Source: Seison nebaliae (lineage: Eukaryota). Taken from it: a stretch of DNA of 33,535 nt. How positions within the stretch are numbered: position 1 is the stretch's first letter; every line of letters starts with the position of its first letter. Shown one piece after another: positions 20,504 through 33,054 of this stretch. The stretch is from contig JALJEE010000344.1 in the NCBI GenBank assembly GCA_023231475.1, positions 1 to 33,535 of the forward strand, written 5' to 3'. Made by a program: the position numbers and the translations under genes. The notes beneath the pieces were generated by a model, which had not been told where the DNA came from, did no database searches, and was given only the letters and a program-made list of their open reading frames with translations.

Positions 20504-23433
20504 CTACTTTTTCTTTGATATAATCATTTGAATCAACTTTTGGAGATAATTGATTATTTTCATTAATCTCATAAGAATCCATCGACGAAATAATATTGAT
20601 TGTTTCTTTATTATTTTCAATTCTAAAAATATATTATCATTAATTTCAACGAAATTTTCAAATAAAACAAACATCATATCAAATTCACTTGAGTCGACAG
20701 ATATGACTGGTCTTCCCAAATTTTTATTGTCTAAAAATTTTGATGAGTTTTTGAAATAAACCTAAAACGATGAATTTAATGAAAAATTTGTAATAATTTC
20801 TTAATATTAACCTGATCATTTGGTAATAATTGTAATTGATGAATAAAGAATGGAGGGATAGAATTATTATAATTCTCGTTTGTATTAAACTGAAATGAAG
20901 AGGAAAATTTAATGAGTATAAAAATAAATAGAAAAAGAATTAACATTTATATAATAATTGATAATGAAAGAATTTGATTGATTTGAAGTAAAATCAATAA
21001 TCGATTGGATATTCTCTGGCCAAAAATCATAACGACAATTTTCTGATTTTTTTATTTGATAATAAAAGGCGTTGCTACTTTTACTTTCACCTTTCTTCCA
21101 TTCCTAAAAAAATGATCAGTATGATTATTTCTCAACACACCGATCGACACTAACATTCAATGACGCACATTGTGAAACTGACGAAATAAATTTGAATTCT
21201 CCTGTAAGAAATAAGAATTAAATTCCAAGAGATTAATTTCAAATAAAATCATTTAACGATTAATAATTTGACTTGTGTTTGTTGATTTGATGGATTTGAT
21301 TGACAGAGATCGATGATCGAATAGTTGAATATGAAAATTTGGTATGGAGAATAACAAGGAATCTTTCTGATGTGAATTAACTGTAGAATAATGATAATTG
21401 TCCTGGAGATGAATATGAGAAAAATACGAATAATTTCCAATTCAAACTTTGAGATGAGAAAATTTCGGATTGTTCGTCGTTGTATAATGGAAAGGAAATG
21501 GACTTCTTTCGTTCGTGTGATGATCGTCGAACACCATCAATTTAACTACGTAGAGACATAGAAATATTCCAGCTAACAAAGCGAAAAAGATCATTCCACA
21601 CAAATAAATGGAACGGAGCGGTAAACGATGAAAAATAAATTCAGGTGAAAATGAATTCGTATTCCTCAATTCATTATCTTCTAAAATTTGTAATTGATCC
21701 ACAACTTTTCCATCATTAACATCTTCCGCTTTCACATCATTATGAATTGATGATTGTTCTTTCTTTTCTTCATTATTATTGTTGTTGTTGTTGTTGTTAT
21801 TGTCAATGGAATTGTGTTGAAATATTTCATTGATATCTTTCTGAATCATATCAGGATTCTTTCCACTCAATTCATTCAACGAGACGATGGAACGAGCGAA
21901 TTCCTGACGATTAGGAAAATCGTTTGCTGAAACGATAATTTGTGATTCTGCGATTTTCTTATTTTTTGATTGAAGTAAATCTTCATGACCGATAAGATCG
22001 TTCAATTGTTTTTGGATATTCGTCAAATCGTTCTCGTTTTTCTCGTGAGACAATTGTTGATACTCTTTCCCATTGAAGATTTGTGAGTATTGCTCGTCTT
22101 CGATGATGAGTTTGTTTTGTCTCTGGAAGAATAGTTTATTCTTATTCGTCTGGAAATTGGATGAGGTGTCTTGGATGGATGTGATGGATTCGTCGGAGGT
22201 AGTGATCATTTGTGTGGTGATGGTGGTGGGATGGTTAATGGAAGAATTCTCGTCAGATAAATTCTCTTGATCCAAGTGGGATAATTTGGTAGCAGGTAAT
22301 TCGATATCTTGTTCCTTCATTTCACTACTGTTCATTGTTTTCATGGAAAAATAATCGACATTACTCGATCCATGGTTGGATGATTTGTGAGAGATGAGAT
22401 TTGAATCTGTTGATAAGATAATTGAAGATGAAACAACACCATTTGTATTGAAAGAGGAAGTGAGAGAGTGTCGGCGATATCGTTTCCATTTCGAACATTT
22501 CGAACGGCGGAAATTATTTATGATTAATTGATGATTTCTTTCTTGTTGATTATGAATATTTGAATGGATTTCACTATTATTAATAGAATTCGGATTGTTC
22601 ACATATCTGTTTCTCATCTGATTGAACGAGGTACGATGACGGCGACGACATCTTGGATATCGACTAACATTCATCGAATGATGACACGATCCATTAATGT
22701 TGGTTGGGAATGATGATGATAAACAGATATCCATCGATCGATAATAATAAGGAACGGATTCGGATGACGACGTATAATATGCCTCATCCGAATACATCTC
22801 ACCATCAGGTACCGTTAGTGACGATGAAATGGAAGATATATAAGAATGTGATCGTTTCCTACTCTTCCCAATCTCATCCATTTGATTCTTACCTTTATCT
22901 ATATCATCTTTCTTCTCAGAATCGTTATCACACAATTTCATTGCTAATTTCTTATAGAAGAAATTCGTCTCCGAATTCTCCATTTTTATTTCGTCGATAT
23001 TCATATTTGTATTGAGAAATGATGTCATTCTTACTGGATCCTCCAAATCGTCAATTTCCGTTTCTGACAAAGTTGCGTCTGGTAAATTGATTGTCATGTT
23101 ATTCGTCTTTCTTTCTTCCATCGGAATCAATTTGATACGACGACCACTTTGACGTAATTTGGCGGAGAAGCGTTTGAATTGTTTGCCAGTCATTCTAGTG
23201 GAGGATCGTTTCAAATAATCATCATGAATCGAAGTGAAAGATGTTGTATCGAAATTCTCTTGACAACCCACAATGATAATTTCTTCTTCATCATCAAATA
23301 TATCTGAAGTATTCTCATCAATGAAATGGATGGACGATCGATCTCGATATGTTTGATCAACACCATTATCATCTCTTATTTGCATATCATTAAATTTCCC
23401 ATAAACGAATATAGGACTATTCTTCGTACACAT
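20504..23433 (-). CDS. Single-pass membrane protein, >=890 aa, long low-complexity N-terminal part; exons 23433-21448, 21402-21258, 21201-21155, 21103-20945, 20889-20812, 20761-20504
   Basis: The 663-aa ORF has the TM segment IYLCGMIFFALLAGIFLCLYVVKLMVF and continues in frame through five short GTT-AG introns. It may extend to exons at 28614-29171. No family recognised. Confidence 0.72.
21773..21802 (-). repeat. (AAC/AAT)n trinucleotide tract encoding poly-Asn
   Basis: TTATTATTGTTGTTGTTGTTGTTGTTATTG on the + strand, giving a run of Asn in the protein. Confidence 0.85.
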
Positions 23434-26400
23434 TTTTCTTTCAATACATTCGACGTGGCTCTTAAAATAGATTCTTTATTAGATTATCTGCACCATCAAA
23501 TGAAATGTATAAAAAATGGAGAATAATATTATGAAATATTTCAACGGGAGAAAAACCATCAGAAAAAAGAATGAGTTAAAATAAACATTAATGAAATTCC
23601 TCAATTTTCTATCTACTTGTCGAATAAAAGAATTATTGATAAGAGAATATTAAACTAAAAAGAAAGTGTAGTGCCATAAAATGGTCGTTTCGTCTTGAGT
23701 CTATCACAATGTACATTGGTGGGAATAAGATAAATGTTTTTCATCGACAGACAAATTTCAATTTATACCTATCAATTATTCATCTTCTTTTATTGAATCG
23801 ATGGAAGTAAATAAAGAAATTCTTTTATTGATATTACATTGACATGGAATAATTTATTACACACGTCAATGGAGTGGCGTGCTTTAAGATGATAAGCAAA
23901 CAAGAATTTTCTTTATTAATAATGACCATCGGTCATCTTCAAACTATAATTTTCTTCTTTGGTTACCTTATTCCGAAGGCATTCATCCAACATCGAACAC
24001 CATTCAACTTTCCGTGAAATTTGAATAAATAATTTCTCGACTAATTTTCAGAAGCAGAATAACCGCCAACACCATTAATAGAATGAGAAACAATAGAAAT
24101 TGAACGTAAATTGAGTATGCCACATACTTTCCATAATGTATCCTTTTGATGGTTTGTATGCATGGTGTTAAAAGAGGAAAACCTTCAGTTCTCTATCATC
24201 AACTCAAAGAATAATGTACTTGACCAATTGAGGAATTCTTGCAAATATCGCTTCAGGAAATGACGAGTGAGAGAATTAATTGAAGTTTTCTTCTTAAAAG
24301 AAATTTCATATTTCTTATCTCGACAATATCCCAACTAATATATATTGTTTGTCATCAATTCAGCGATTGTAAACAAAAAAACTCAAAATTTTTGTATCAA
24401 CTTTCCGTCAATACGGTGACAGTTGAACAAACAGTTGGTGCATCCACATCGAATCACAGTGCGATATTTTCGATGAGTACCAATAATTATTATCATCATT
24501 TCTCTGATTAAATCACTTCAACTGGAAACATCAGAAATAATTAACAGTTTCCATTCCTACGCCATTGGCAATTCATAAAGAAAGAGAGATTAGATAAACG
24601 AATTTGTTGGGAAGTTGAGAATGAGGAAATTCCTAAGAGGGAATAGTGCGTTTAGAACGATGTACATGTCATGCAAATGAATTGAATTTATTGCGTTGTA
24701 CGTGTGATAGTAAATTAGAAACTTCAGGTAAATTCTCAGCCTTTAATTTTATGCATTCTCAAAAAGAAAAAACAGTTTTTCCATTTTTTTTGGAAAAAGA
24801 GAAAAACTTCTCAATCCCAATAGAGATTGGAGAGTGCGGAAAGGAAAAAATTAACATGTGCGGAAATCACAAGTAGCTAATTGAAGTTTACGGAAGGGAA
24901 ATATAAGACAATGGTGCAAATACGAATTCGATAGTTTTTCTTTATTGGAAATTAGAGTGTCAAACTAATTCTCACATGTCTTATCCTCGCCAATCTATTT
25001 GAGAGTGCGTATTGGCCAACAACAAAGTTCAAGTGGTCGATAAGAAAAGATGAGTTGGATATATCGGAATTTACTTCACAAATCGAATTAGATGAATGAA
25101 AAAGATAAGAAAGTTTGATTGGTATTAGACTTACAATTATCTAATAGAAACAGCATGAATCTCTAAAGTTTGTTTAGTATGAATGATTTAGGAATGAGAA
25201 GTCTAATTGAAGTCGTCAGTCTAATAAAGTTGATTAACATTGATAGTAATAAAGAATGTAGGGAGAATTGTGAGAGTGAAGGAATGATTAATGGATGTTA
25301 TCACACTTAATGATGATAACTAATAATTCTGTCAGTGGCAACCGATTAAAGTTGAAATTATTAAGAGAATCTAACGAAAATATTTGAACATCGAACTGAT
25401 ATGATCCAAAGAACAATAGTTCATGTCCTGATCAGCTGCAACACAATAGAAGTGATCTCATTACTCGGATTATGTGGGAATGAGGTGGGTTGTGAAGTGT
25501 CAATAAAAACAAGAAAAAAGAATGATAAACAAGTGGAATTTATCTCGTGAATTTAAGATGATTTATGAACTTGCCTTATTACGTAAGTAAATGAGAAGTT
25601 GATCCTATTAAAATATCTAATGATAAGTAGAGGAATGATAATAATTGAATGAGATCCGATAAAGTTGACGTAAATTTAATGAGAAGAAGAAGAAGAAGTG
25701 GATGAAGTCGATTTCGGGATAAGAAATGGACGATGTACATCTTTAACTTTCATCCGGTCTAAATCATTCTTCGTCAGTCGACCATACTTCTCTAACGGCC
25801 AGTGAGAAGAAATGGCTTCCATTTTCCCTTTCGACTGATTAACTGTTTTTCTTCTGATATTCTTATCATCGTTCCTCTCTCCAAGTCGAAAGAAGTCAAA
25901 ATTTCTCGTGGTCTCTCTGTTTCGGATATGGTGATGAACAATGGTCAATAAACAATAATCATATAATATCATACTCCTCCATAATATTATGTGTGTGTGG
26001 AGATGGTTTTCGTTGAGTTTGTGATTTGGAGAGATAATAAATAAATTTATGTATGTACATAACGTTAGAGCAACTTTCTAATACCTAACAGTCGGTCTGC
26101 TGACAGGTCGTTTCTGACGGATTGAAAGTTCCTAATCCGTAAAAGTTTAAATGACTCGCCATCAACTACTTCCGTTTTCATTATCAGTTATGACATCTTA
26201 TGAGAAGATAGATTTCTTCTTGTCTTCTCCCCCTCCATACCTTTCCTTCCATCCATCCATCAGAACTGGGAAATTTATTTCTTTTGTCATTTGACTTTAA
26301 GTCGTTTGCAAAATATTTCGGAGACTATTCCTTCCTAATGCCAATTCCTCATCACCAATTGATGAAACTTAATAATTGGGAGAAGTAACAAGGAATTTCC

Positions 26401-28613
26401 TCGGGTTTCCCCGTTTCATCATTGTCAATTTGGCAAATTAAAAAATTAACAAAGAACTTCCATCCTCATTCACAAGAATGGAACGACAATGTTGATGAAG
26501 TGGAATGCTAAGAGAAATAATAATGATCGTTAAATTGGGACTGGATCGGACTGGATAGATAGTTGAGGGAAGATAATGATCTCCTTTTATTTGGACGTGA
26601 ATCGTGCTGATTCTTTGTAGGAAACGGTTGGTAGCGGAAGTTTCGACAATTTTAATGAACTTCTTTTCTTTTCATTTTCGATGTGAGATCCATTATTCCT
26701 TTCCATTCCCATCAACTTAACTATCTGGGAAGAAAAAGGAGAAATGAAGAAATTTCCATGAATAGAAACAGTTAATTTGTTAGAATGACTGATTTCTATT
26801 TTTTTTTCTTTTCGACTTGAATTATGATGAAGACGAAGAAGATACAGATTAAGATCGAATCCATAACAGAACGGATACATCTTCACTCAAGGATAACGGG
26901 TGAAAACAATTAGAAGAGGATCTAACGTTCGATGATGATTTTTTTTCTCCGATTTTCCGTTTACTCGTCTCACGCTATCACATCGAAGAGATATGAGAAG
27001 ATAAAGAAAGAAGGAGAAAGGAATGATTATGAACGAATGACTTTAGAAGAAAAGACTTGAAAAGATGACGAAGACTAGTAGGAATATTGCGGAGAAGGAC
27101 CATGAACATCATGATAACCAATGAATAAATGAGAATACATCAGATGATGGTAAGATGGTTCGACAATTTTTTTCGAAAATTGGATGTGACAAGGAAATGC
27201 CAATCTCAATGCTTCAATAAAATTTCCTCATTTACTTCCAAACAATTGATCAATTAATCGATTATCAAATTTTAATTAAAACACTTCACTCTACTTGTAG
27301 TTTGTTGTCGAATTGATGGATGAATGAATGAAAGAATGATGGGAACTTAACTTATCCATCTATCAGTTGAGGAGATCGTTCTTTATCTTCATTGTTCTTT
27401 CCTTTCTTCCTTCAATAACTCAATTCACGTTCGGATACTCATTCTGAACGCAATTGGAAATGAATGGCTATTTAATTGTGAAAAAAAAGGTTTTGTACAA
27501 TTTCTTTAAACAAACTCGAAATGAGGGAAAGGAAACAAAACGATTGTATTTGGTCAATAATAAAAAAACTGAGATAGGTTTTTGTCGAAGGGAAATGTCT
27601 TCCTTCTGATCATGAGAATGAAATGAATTTGAAAATTAGGAAACTTTCTTAAATAAATTTTGGGGAACTTCTAATTTAGTTGAATGGGAAAAATGGTTCT
27701 TTTTCCTTCTTTTCAGATTGTTAATGATTTGTTACTTTGATTCATCGGTTTACCGATGAACCCGGAGATGTTAATGAAGAGGAATGAAAGACAGTGGTAA
27801 TTCTTAACATACAATCTTCCGTCATAACTCGTCATCTGAACGATAATGGAAGGGAAGTATCACTGTTGTGATTAGTGGGAGATGTTTAGAAGGGAAAACG
27901 TCTGTTGATGAACGAAAGGTCGAATTACCTTAATTTCCGTTCGAATCGCTCTACAATTCCATTCAATAACATTTCCAAGAGGAGAATGGAGATTGATAAG
28001 TTATCATAACTAAAATGTTTTCATTAAGGATTTATCTAATAATAAACGGGAGAAGTTCCAGAAGAAAAAGAAAAATGGTTTGTCCACAATTTTCATCAGC
28101 TGATAATAAATTAAATTAATAGTAAATGGGAAAATTAAATCAATAGTGTGATTTCAAGTTTTTTTCAAACTTCTTTTTGAAAGAAAATAGAAATTATGTG
28201 AACTACCGCATATGGAGTTGGGAGAGAATTAATTGTCTGATTGTTATTTTAGAAGAATTTGACGGTGTAATATGGACGATTATTTCGTAAAGGAGAGGAA
28301 GGAAATTTTAAAGAATTCTATTTCATATTTTCCGATATTTGTACGAGTGTTCCCAAAATCGTGTGGAAACGAGTCATTGTCGCGTTAATTCTAGTGGCAA
28401 CCTCCATTGATTCCTTCACAACCATCACCATTATCATCATCAATAGATATTATTGAGGATTGAATGAGAGAATAATTATTGAAATTAAATAGTTGATTAT
28501 TGATATATGAATGAATGAATGATGTAAGACAAACGATAAACATTGGGAGAGAAAGAAGAAAAGAATATTTTAGAGAAAAGAAAGAAGACAACAACTTTCA
28601 TTTGTTCTCTTAC

Positions 28614-29171
28614 CTCCGATAATTGTTGATTCATTTGTGCGTAATGTTTCATTGTAAATTTATGGAAGAAATCGGATGGAGATGAATGCACCCGATAATT
28701 CATTCGTGTCATTGATGATCTGGATAAATTTAGTTAACGTGTCAGACAATAAAATTATTCAATTAAAACAATCCTCTTTCTCACATATGATTCTCTCTCT
28801 CACACACACACACACCCACACACACAATGATTCAATAGAATCCAAAGATTCCAATATCATTTCTTTTAACAGATTTCTATTTATTTTTTATTCCATTCCT
28901 AATTATTCAAACGAAGAACTAACGTTCCAATATATATCGCTGCATTCGTCTTCTTACATTCATTCCAATACATTATTTCCATATTCTTCTCACCATCAAC
29001 AAAATTCTTCCCATCGTCCTCAATTCCACCCGTTGGTGAAACGGGGGACATTATCGGAGAACTTATCATCGATAATCGATTATCCAACGGTTCCACAATC
29101 ATTCTTTCATCTTCATCTGAAGACGATTCGGAACCTTCTCCTCGACTCACCGAATGTGACATTTCCAACAT
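28614..29171 (-). CDS. Two probable 5' coding exons (29171-28924, 28719-28614), probably belonging to the membrane-protein gene
   Basis: MLEMSHSVSRGEGSESSSDEDE...IYIGT joins via intron 28923-28720 to SSMTRMNYRVH...QQLSE, ending open at the strong donor GAG|GTAAGA (28613). Confidence 0.5.
28792..28826. repeat. Compound (TC)n(AC)n microsatellite in an inferred intron
   Basis: TCTCTCTCTCACACACACACACACCCACACACACA seen directly. Confidence 0.85.
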
Positions 29172-29604
29172 TTCCTCTAATTATTAATATTATTATTAAA
29201 TTACATTTATTTAATTCATCTTTCTACGATTCTCTTACGACGAGGTCAAAGTTTATTTTCTTTTGATACTACTTTTGAAAAATATTTGAACGAAGAAATT
29301 GTGAAAAATAAAAATTTCTTTTTGAAAAGTAAATTCTGAACAATTTTAATAGTTTTTTTTTATCGAATATTAGTGTGAGTGATGTGGTATTCGTTTTCGT
29401 TATTCGTTTCCGTCATCTCGATGAATTGTGTGGAGAGAGAATTAAATTGAGAAAATGAATAAATTAATCGAAGAGATTATTGGACAGAATAGTATCGGAA
29501 TATTAGAGTGTATTTGATCGCCACAATATTCCCACAAAGTCTTTTTTCATCGTTAATTCGCGTTATATAATTAAATAAAGAAATAAGTATGAAAATTCAA
29601 TTCA

Positions 29605-30108
29605 TCAATCGCCCAATGTTTTCCGTACGTGTTTTCTCGCTATCTCCTTGAAACGTTTCACGTCACTCCTCCACAATTTCGCTGCGTCGACATTAGCTGG
29701 ACTCTCGTCATTCGGTTCGGCCAACATACTCACCACACTCAACAGAATCTTCTCCACAGTCTGGACGGGTGACCATCTTTCTGACGACGATTCATATCCG
29801 GTGGGATCATCTCCTGGTGAATGCAATATCGAAATGCACACACGTCCATCTGAATAAATATTTGGATGGAATATTTCTGAGATGAATCTCATGGTAGGTG
29901 GACTTAATGGATAATCTTCAGGGAAGCTGATTCTTGTATCGAAAATTCCGTCTTCAAAACACGTCTCTAATGGACCAGTAATCATTGCTTGCCATTCGAA
30001 ATAATTATCTTCAGTCATCGGTCCTGCATAAATGCCATCAGGTGGATTCTCTTTCAATTGACGATATTCTGTCATTAATCGACGGACGGCGACTGCTCTG
30101 GTTCCCAT
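29605..30108 (-). CDS. UBE2G2: Ubiquitin-conjugating enzyme E2 G2 (Ubc7), 167 aa, intronless
   Basis: HPNIYSDGRVCISILH catalytic motif, acidic insertion PGDDPTGYE, ERWSPVQTVEKILLSVVSMLAEPNDES. Confidence 0.96.
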   Translation of the reverse strand: MGTRAVAVRRLMTEYRQLKENPPDGIYAGPMTEDNYFEWQAMITGPLETCFEDGIFDTRISFPEDYPLSPPTMRFISEIFHPNIYSDGRVCISILHSPGDDPTGYESSSERWSPVQTVEKILLSVVSMLAEPNDESPANVDAAKLWRSDVKRFKEIARKHVRKTLGD

Positions 30109-30730
30109 GACTTCTAATTATTCAATTTCTTCAATTCCACTAGAATTGATGTCAGGTCTTGTAAAGTAGCGGTATAAACAGATCTAGATGGATTGTTTTT
30201 CAAAAAAAATTAAAATGAAAATTAAAAAAAAATCGTCTTTGTGACTGAGAAGGGTAGGGAGAAAGAAACGTGTGGATTAAAAGGAATATGTAGTTTCTTT
30301 TCAATTTCAAGTTAGAATTTGAACTAGCGAAAAAAAAGGAAAGAAGGTGAAAAAGAAAGAACTCTATTAATTTGCCTCTTCCATTTTTCCTTTTAATTTT
30401 TCTCAAACTTCAACTATCTCAAAGTTGGCATGATCAGAGACCGTGTCCAATTAGAAACGGGAAGCTTTCCTTCTGATTCATTCCTCTTATTTTCCCCTCG
30501 ACCACATATCAATTCCTTCTCGAATTTCCTGTTTATTGGAAAGGCAAAAAAGTATTGTGAAAGTTCGTCCTCACGTGTTTTCGTGTGAAAAACGAAATAA
30601 TTCCACGAAATAAATGATGAAATTCAAAAAACATGTTAAGTAATAATAAATTTGTCATTGCAATATTCGACATTTCTTTCCTTCCCAATAATTCAAATTA
30701 ATTTTCATAAGTGAAAGTTCTTTCTCTTTT

Positions 30731-32877
30731 TCAAAGTGCTCTTTCCACATTTAAAAATTCGGCAACTCTCACAATAAACTCGTATAATTTCGTCTTATGT
30801 TCCTTTACTCGCCTCCCACTCGTTCTATTAATTGTTCCATTAATTAAAATGAAATATTCGCAGAATAATCTCAATAATTCCATCGTTATCGTTAATCTGA
30901 TTGAGAGAGAACTTAATTTAATTAAAATGAAGAAATCTTCAAACTTCTTCTTTTGATATAAATGGAGAATTTTCTCGAAATCTTTAAGATTTGGTGACAA
31001 CGAATAATTTAGAGAAAGATGGAATTGTTGCTGATTTAAAGTGAATGACGATACTTTCACATTCAATTTCATCACATCATCTAATTCTTTATCATTAATT
31101 GATTGATTAGAAATTTTTTGATAAAAAATATTTTCGTCATTTTTCTCCGTCACATAAGTAAAATATCGATAGATGATGGTGGATATATAAATTATCGTCA
31201 TATGATTATCCAACTGATCGATATAATGATTATCTATAAGAGTTTCGAAGAAATCGATAATTCTCTCATAATCATGTTCGATTGATGAATGTTTGTGAGT
31301 GGATTGAAATAAATTGAAATATTTCAAATAAATCATCGACAATCCATCGGGATTCTCTTGAAAATCCTTCTCATTCTCTTCACCAATAAACTTTTCTCGT
31401 TTCCTATATCTCATTGCGTTTCTTCTCATGATGGTGGTCATGACATCAACCTGATGATAATTGACCATAAATTTATTGGAATCAATTTCTTCATCGAATA
31501 AAATTGTTTCCTCTTCATTCTCATTTTCATTCAGTTCGATAATTCTTTTGGGTAATTTTAAAATGAAGAATAATTTGAAGAGAATACAAAATCTAAGAAA
31601 AGATTTTCACAATGTTCAATCACGACAATGGAATTTGGAAAGGAAACTGTTTAAGAATTTCTTCAAAAATTTTTCCTATAAATTTTTTTATTTTTGAAAA
31701 TTTCACAATTAGATAATTGAAAACGTATTGGAAGAATATGTCTCTATTACCACTCATTGTTATTGGCGTTAGTTCTTTCTTCAATAGAACTAATAATTGA
31801 TTATATTCAATGGCAATTATTGAATCGTCAAAATCTAAATTAATCTCATTGGGAACCTCGTTCGTCACCAAATGATTCCTGTCGTCTTTTTTCCATTTTT
31901 CAAATTCTTCTGACAAAACAATTTGTTTCTCTAACGAATTAAGAATGAAAGAAGAAAAAGTGTAAAAAACATTAAACTTTCATCAGATAAATATTTGATT
32001 CTTCGACGCAAATTCTCCGCATAAATATCTTGCCCTCTACAAAGTTGATGAAGAAACCGTTTGAAGGATTTCTTTATGATTTTCTCATCTCTCAATTTTT
32101 CCTCTTTCAACTTCAGCTCATCGTTCAACGATAATGATTCGATTAATCGTCTTTCTATTGATTTTTTCCAATCGATTGGAATAAATTTAGTTTTTTGTTT
32201 CATTTCTAAATTCTCCAATTGCTTCCTCGATTTTTGTTTGACGTCCAAACTATTTCTTAAACTCGGGTCGAATAATATGTTCATTTGAATTGTTCTTTCA
32301 TTATTCTCTACTTCGACATCATCATTCGGTCGATAATGATTGAATTTTGCCAATAGTTTTTGAACCTCTTCAATCTCAATTTTAAATTTATTCGGATAAT
32401 TCTCTTCTAGTTCATGTAACTTCAAAACTAATCTAACGTCTTGTTCATGAATTTTCTCTAAACTGAAACAAAATAAGTTTTGGTGAATTCAAAATGAAAA
32501 ATTTCAACATCCATTCAATGTTGGTCATTATACTTTCGTTGTTTCTCAAATACTCATAATGATCATTGTTATTATGAAGAAGTTTCGCTATCGATTTATT
32601 CTCATTCTTTTTCAATTCTTCCCGAATGTCCATTACAATTCGATCCATTATCCATTTGAAATCAATCAATATAACTCGTCTGGTCTGATCAGTTTGACAC
32701 ATAATCTTAAAACCAGATGTTATCCATGTTATCAGAAAATGAAGGAACTTTTTCGAAGAATTCTTGATGTTTCTTAAATATTAAATCTTCCTGTAGTACA
32801 GGATTCTTAAGAGAAAATTCATCGTATCTTATTAAATCGATCTCTTCATGAAGTTCTGCTAAATCTTCCTCCATCAT
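30731..32877 (-). CDS. Hypothetical charged/helical protein, ~651 aa; exons 32877-32749, 32705-32509, 32462-31978, 31930-31648, 31592-30731
   Basis: Four short GTT-AG introns join the ORF fragments into one 1956-nt frame. An in-frame stop sits directly before ATG 32877. No family recognised. Confidence 0.7.
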
Positions 32878-33054
32878 TTATTTGTATACACTTATCCTCT
32901 GATAAATCTCATCGGGCAACAATCAATTTAACAGTTTTCTTTGTTCTACTAACGTTCATTTTTGAATGTAACTAAATTTCAAAGAATAGCTTTAAAAATT
33001 TTTATTTTGATATGATCTATTAATTAAATTTTATTTCAATTTGAAAATATAATA

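Noticed and set aside
25676..25972. 98-aa minus-strand ORF inside the large intron
   Set aside because: No recognisable motif and no convincing splice sites linking it to neighbours. It cannot be excluded as an alternative exon but is unsupported.
27915..27955. GTTCGAATC T-loop-like motif
   Set aside because: No T-stem, acceptor stem or cloverleaf; not a tRNA.
28676..29266. 196-aa plus-strand ORF
   Set aside because: It runs through a CA microsatellite (THTHTH) and is antisense to better-supported minus-strand exons.
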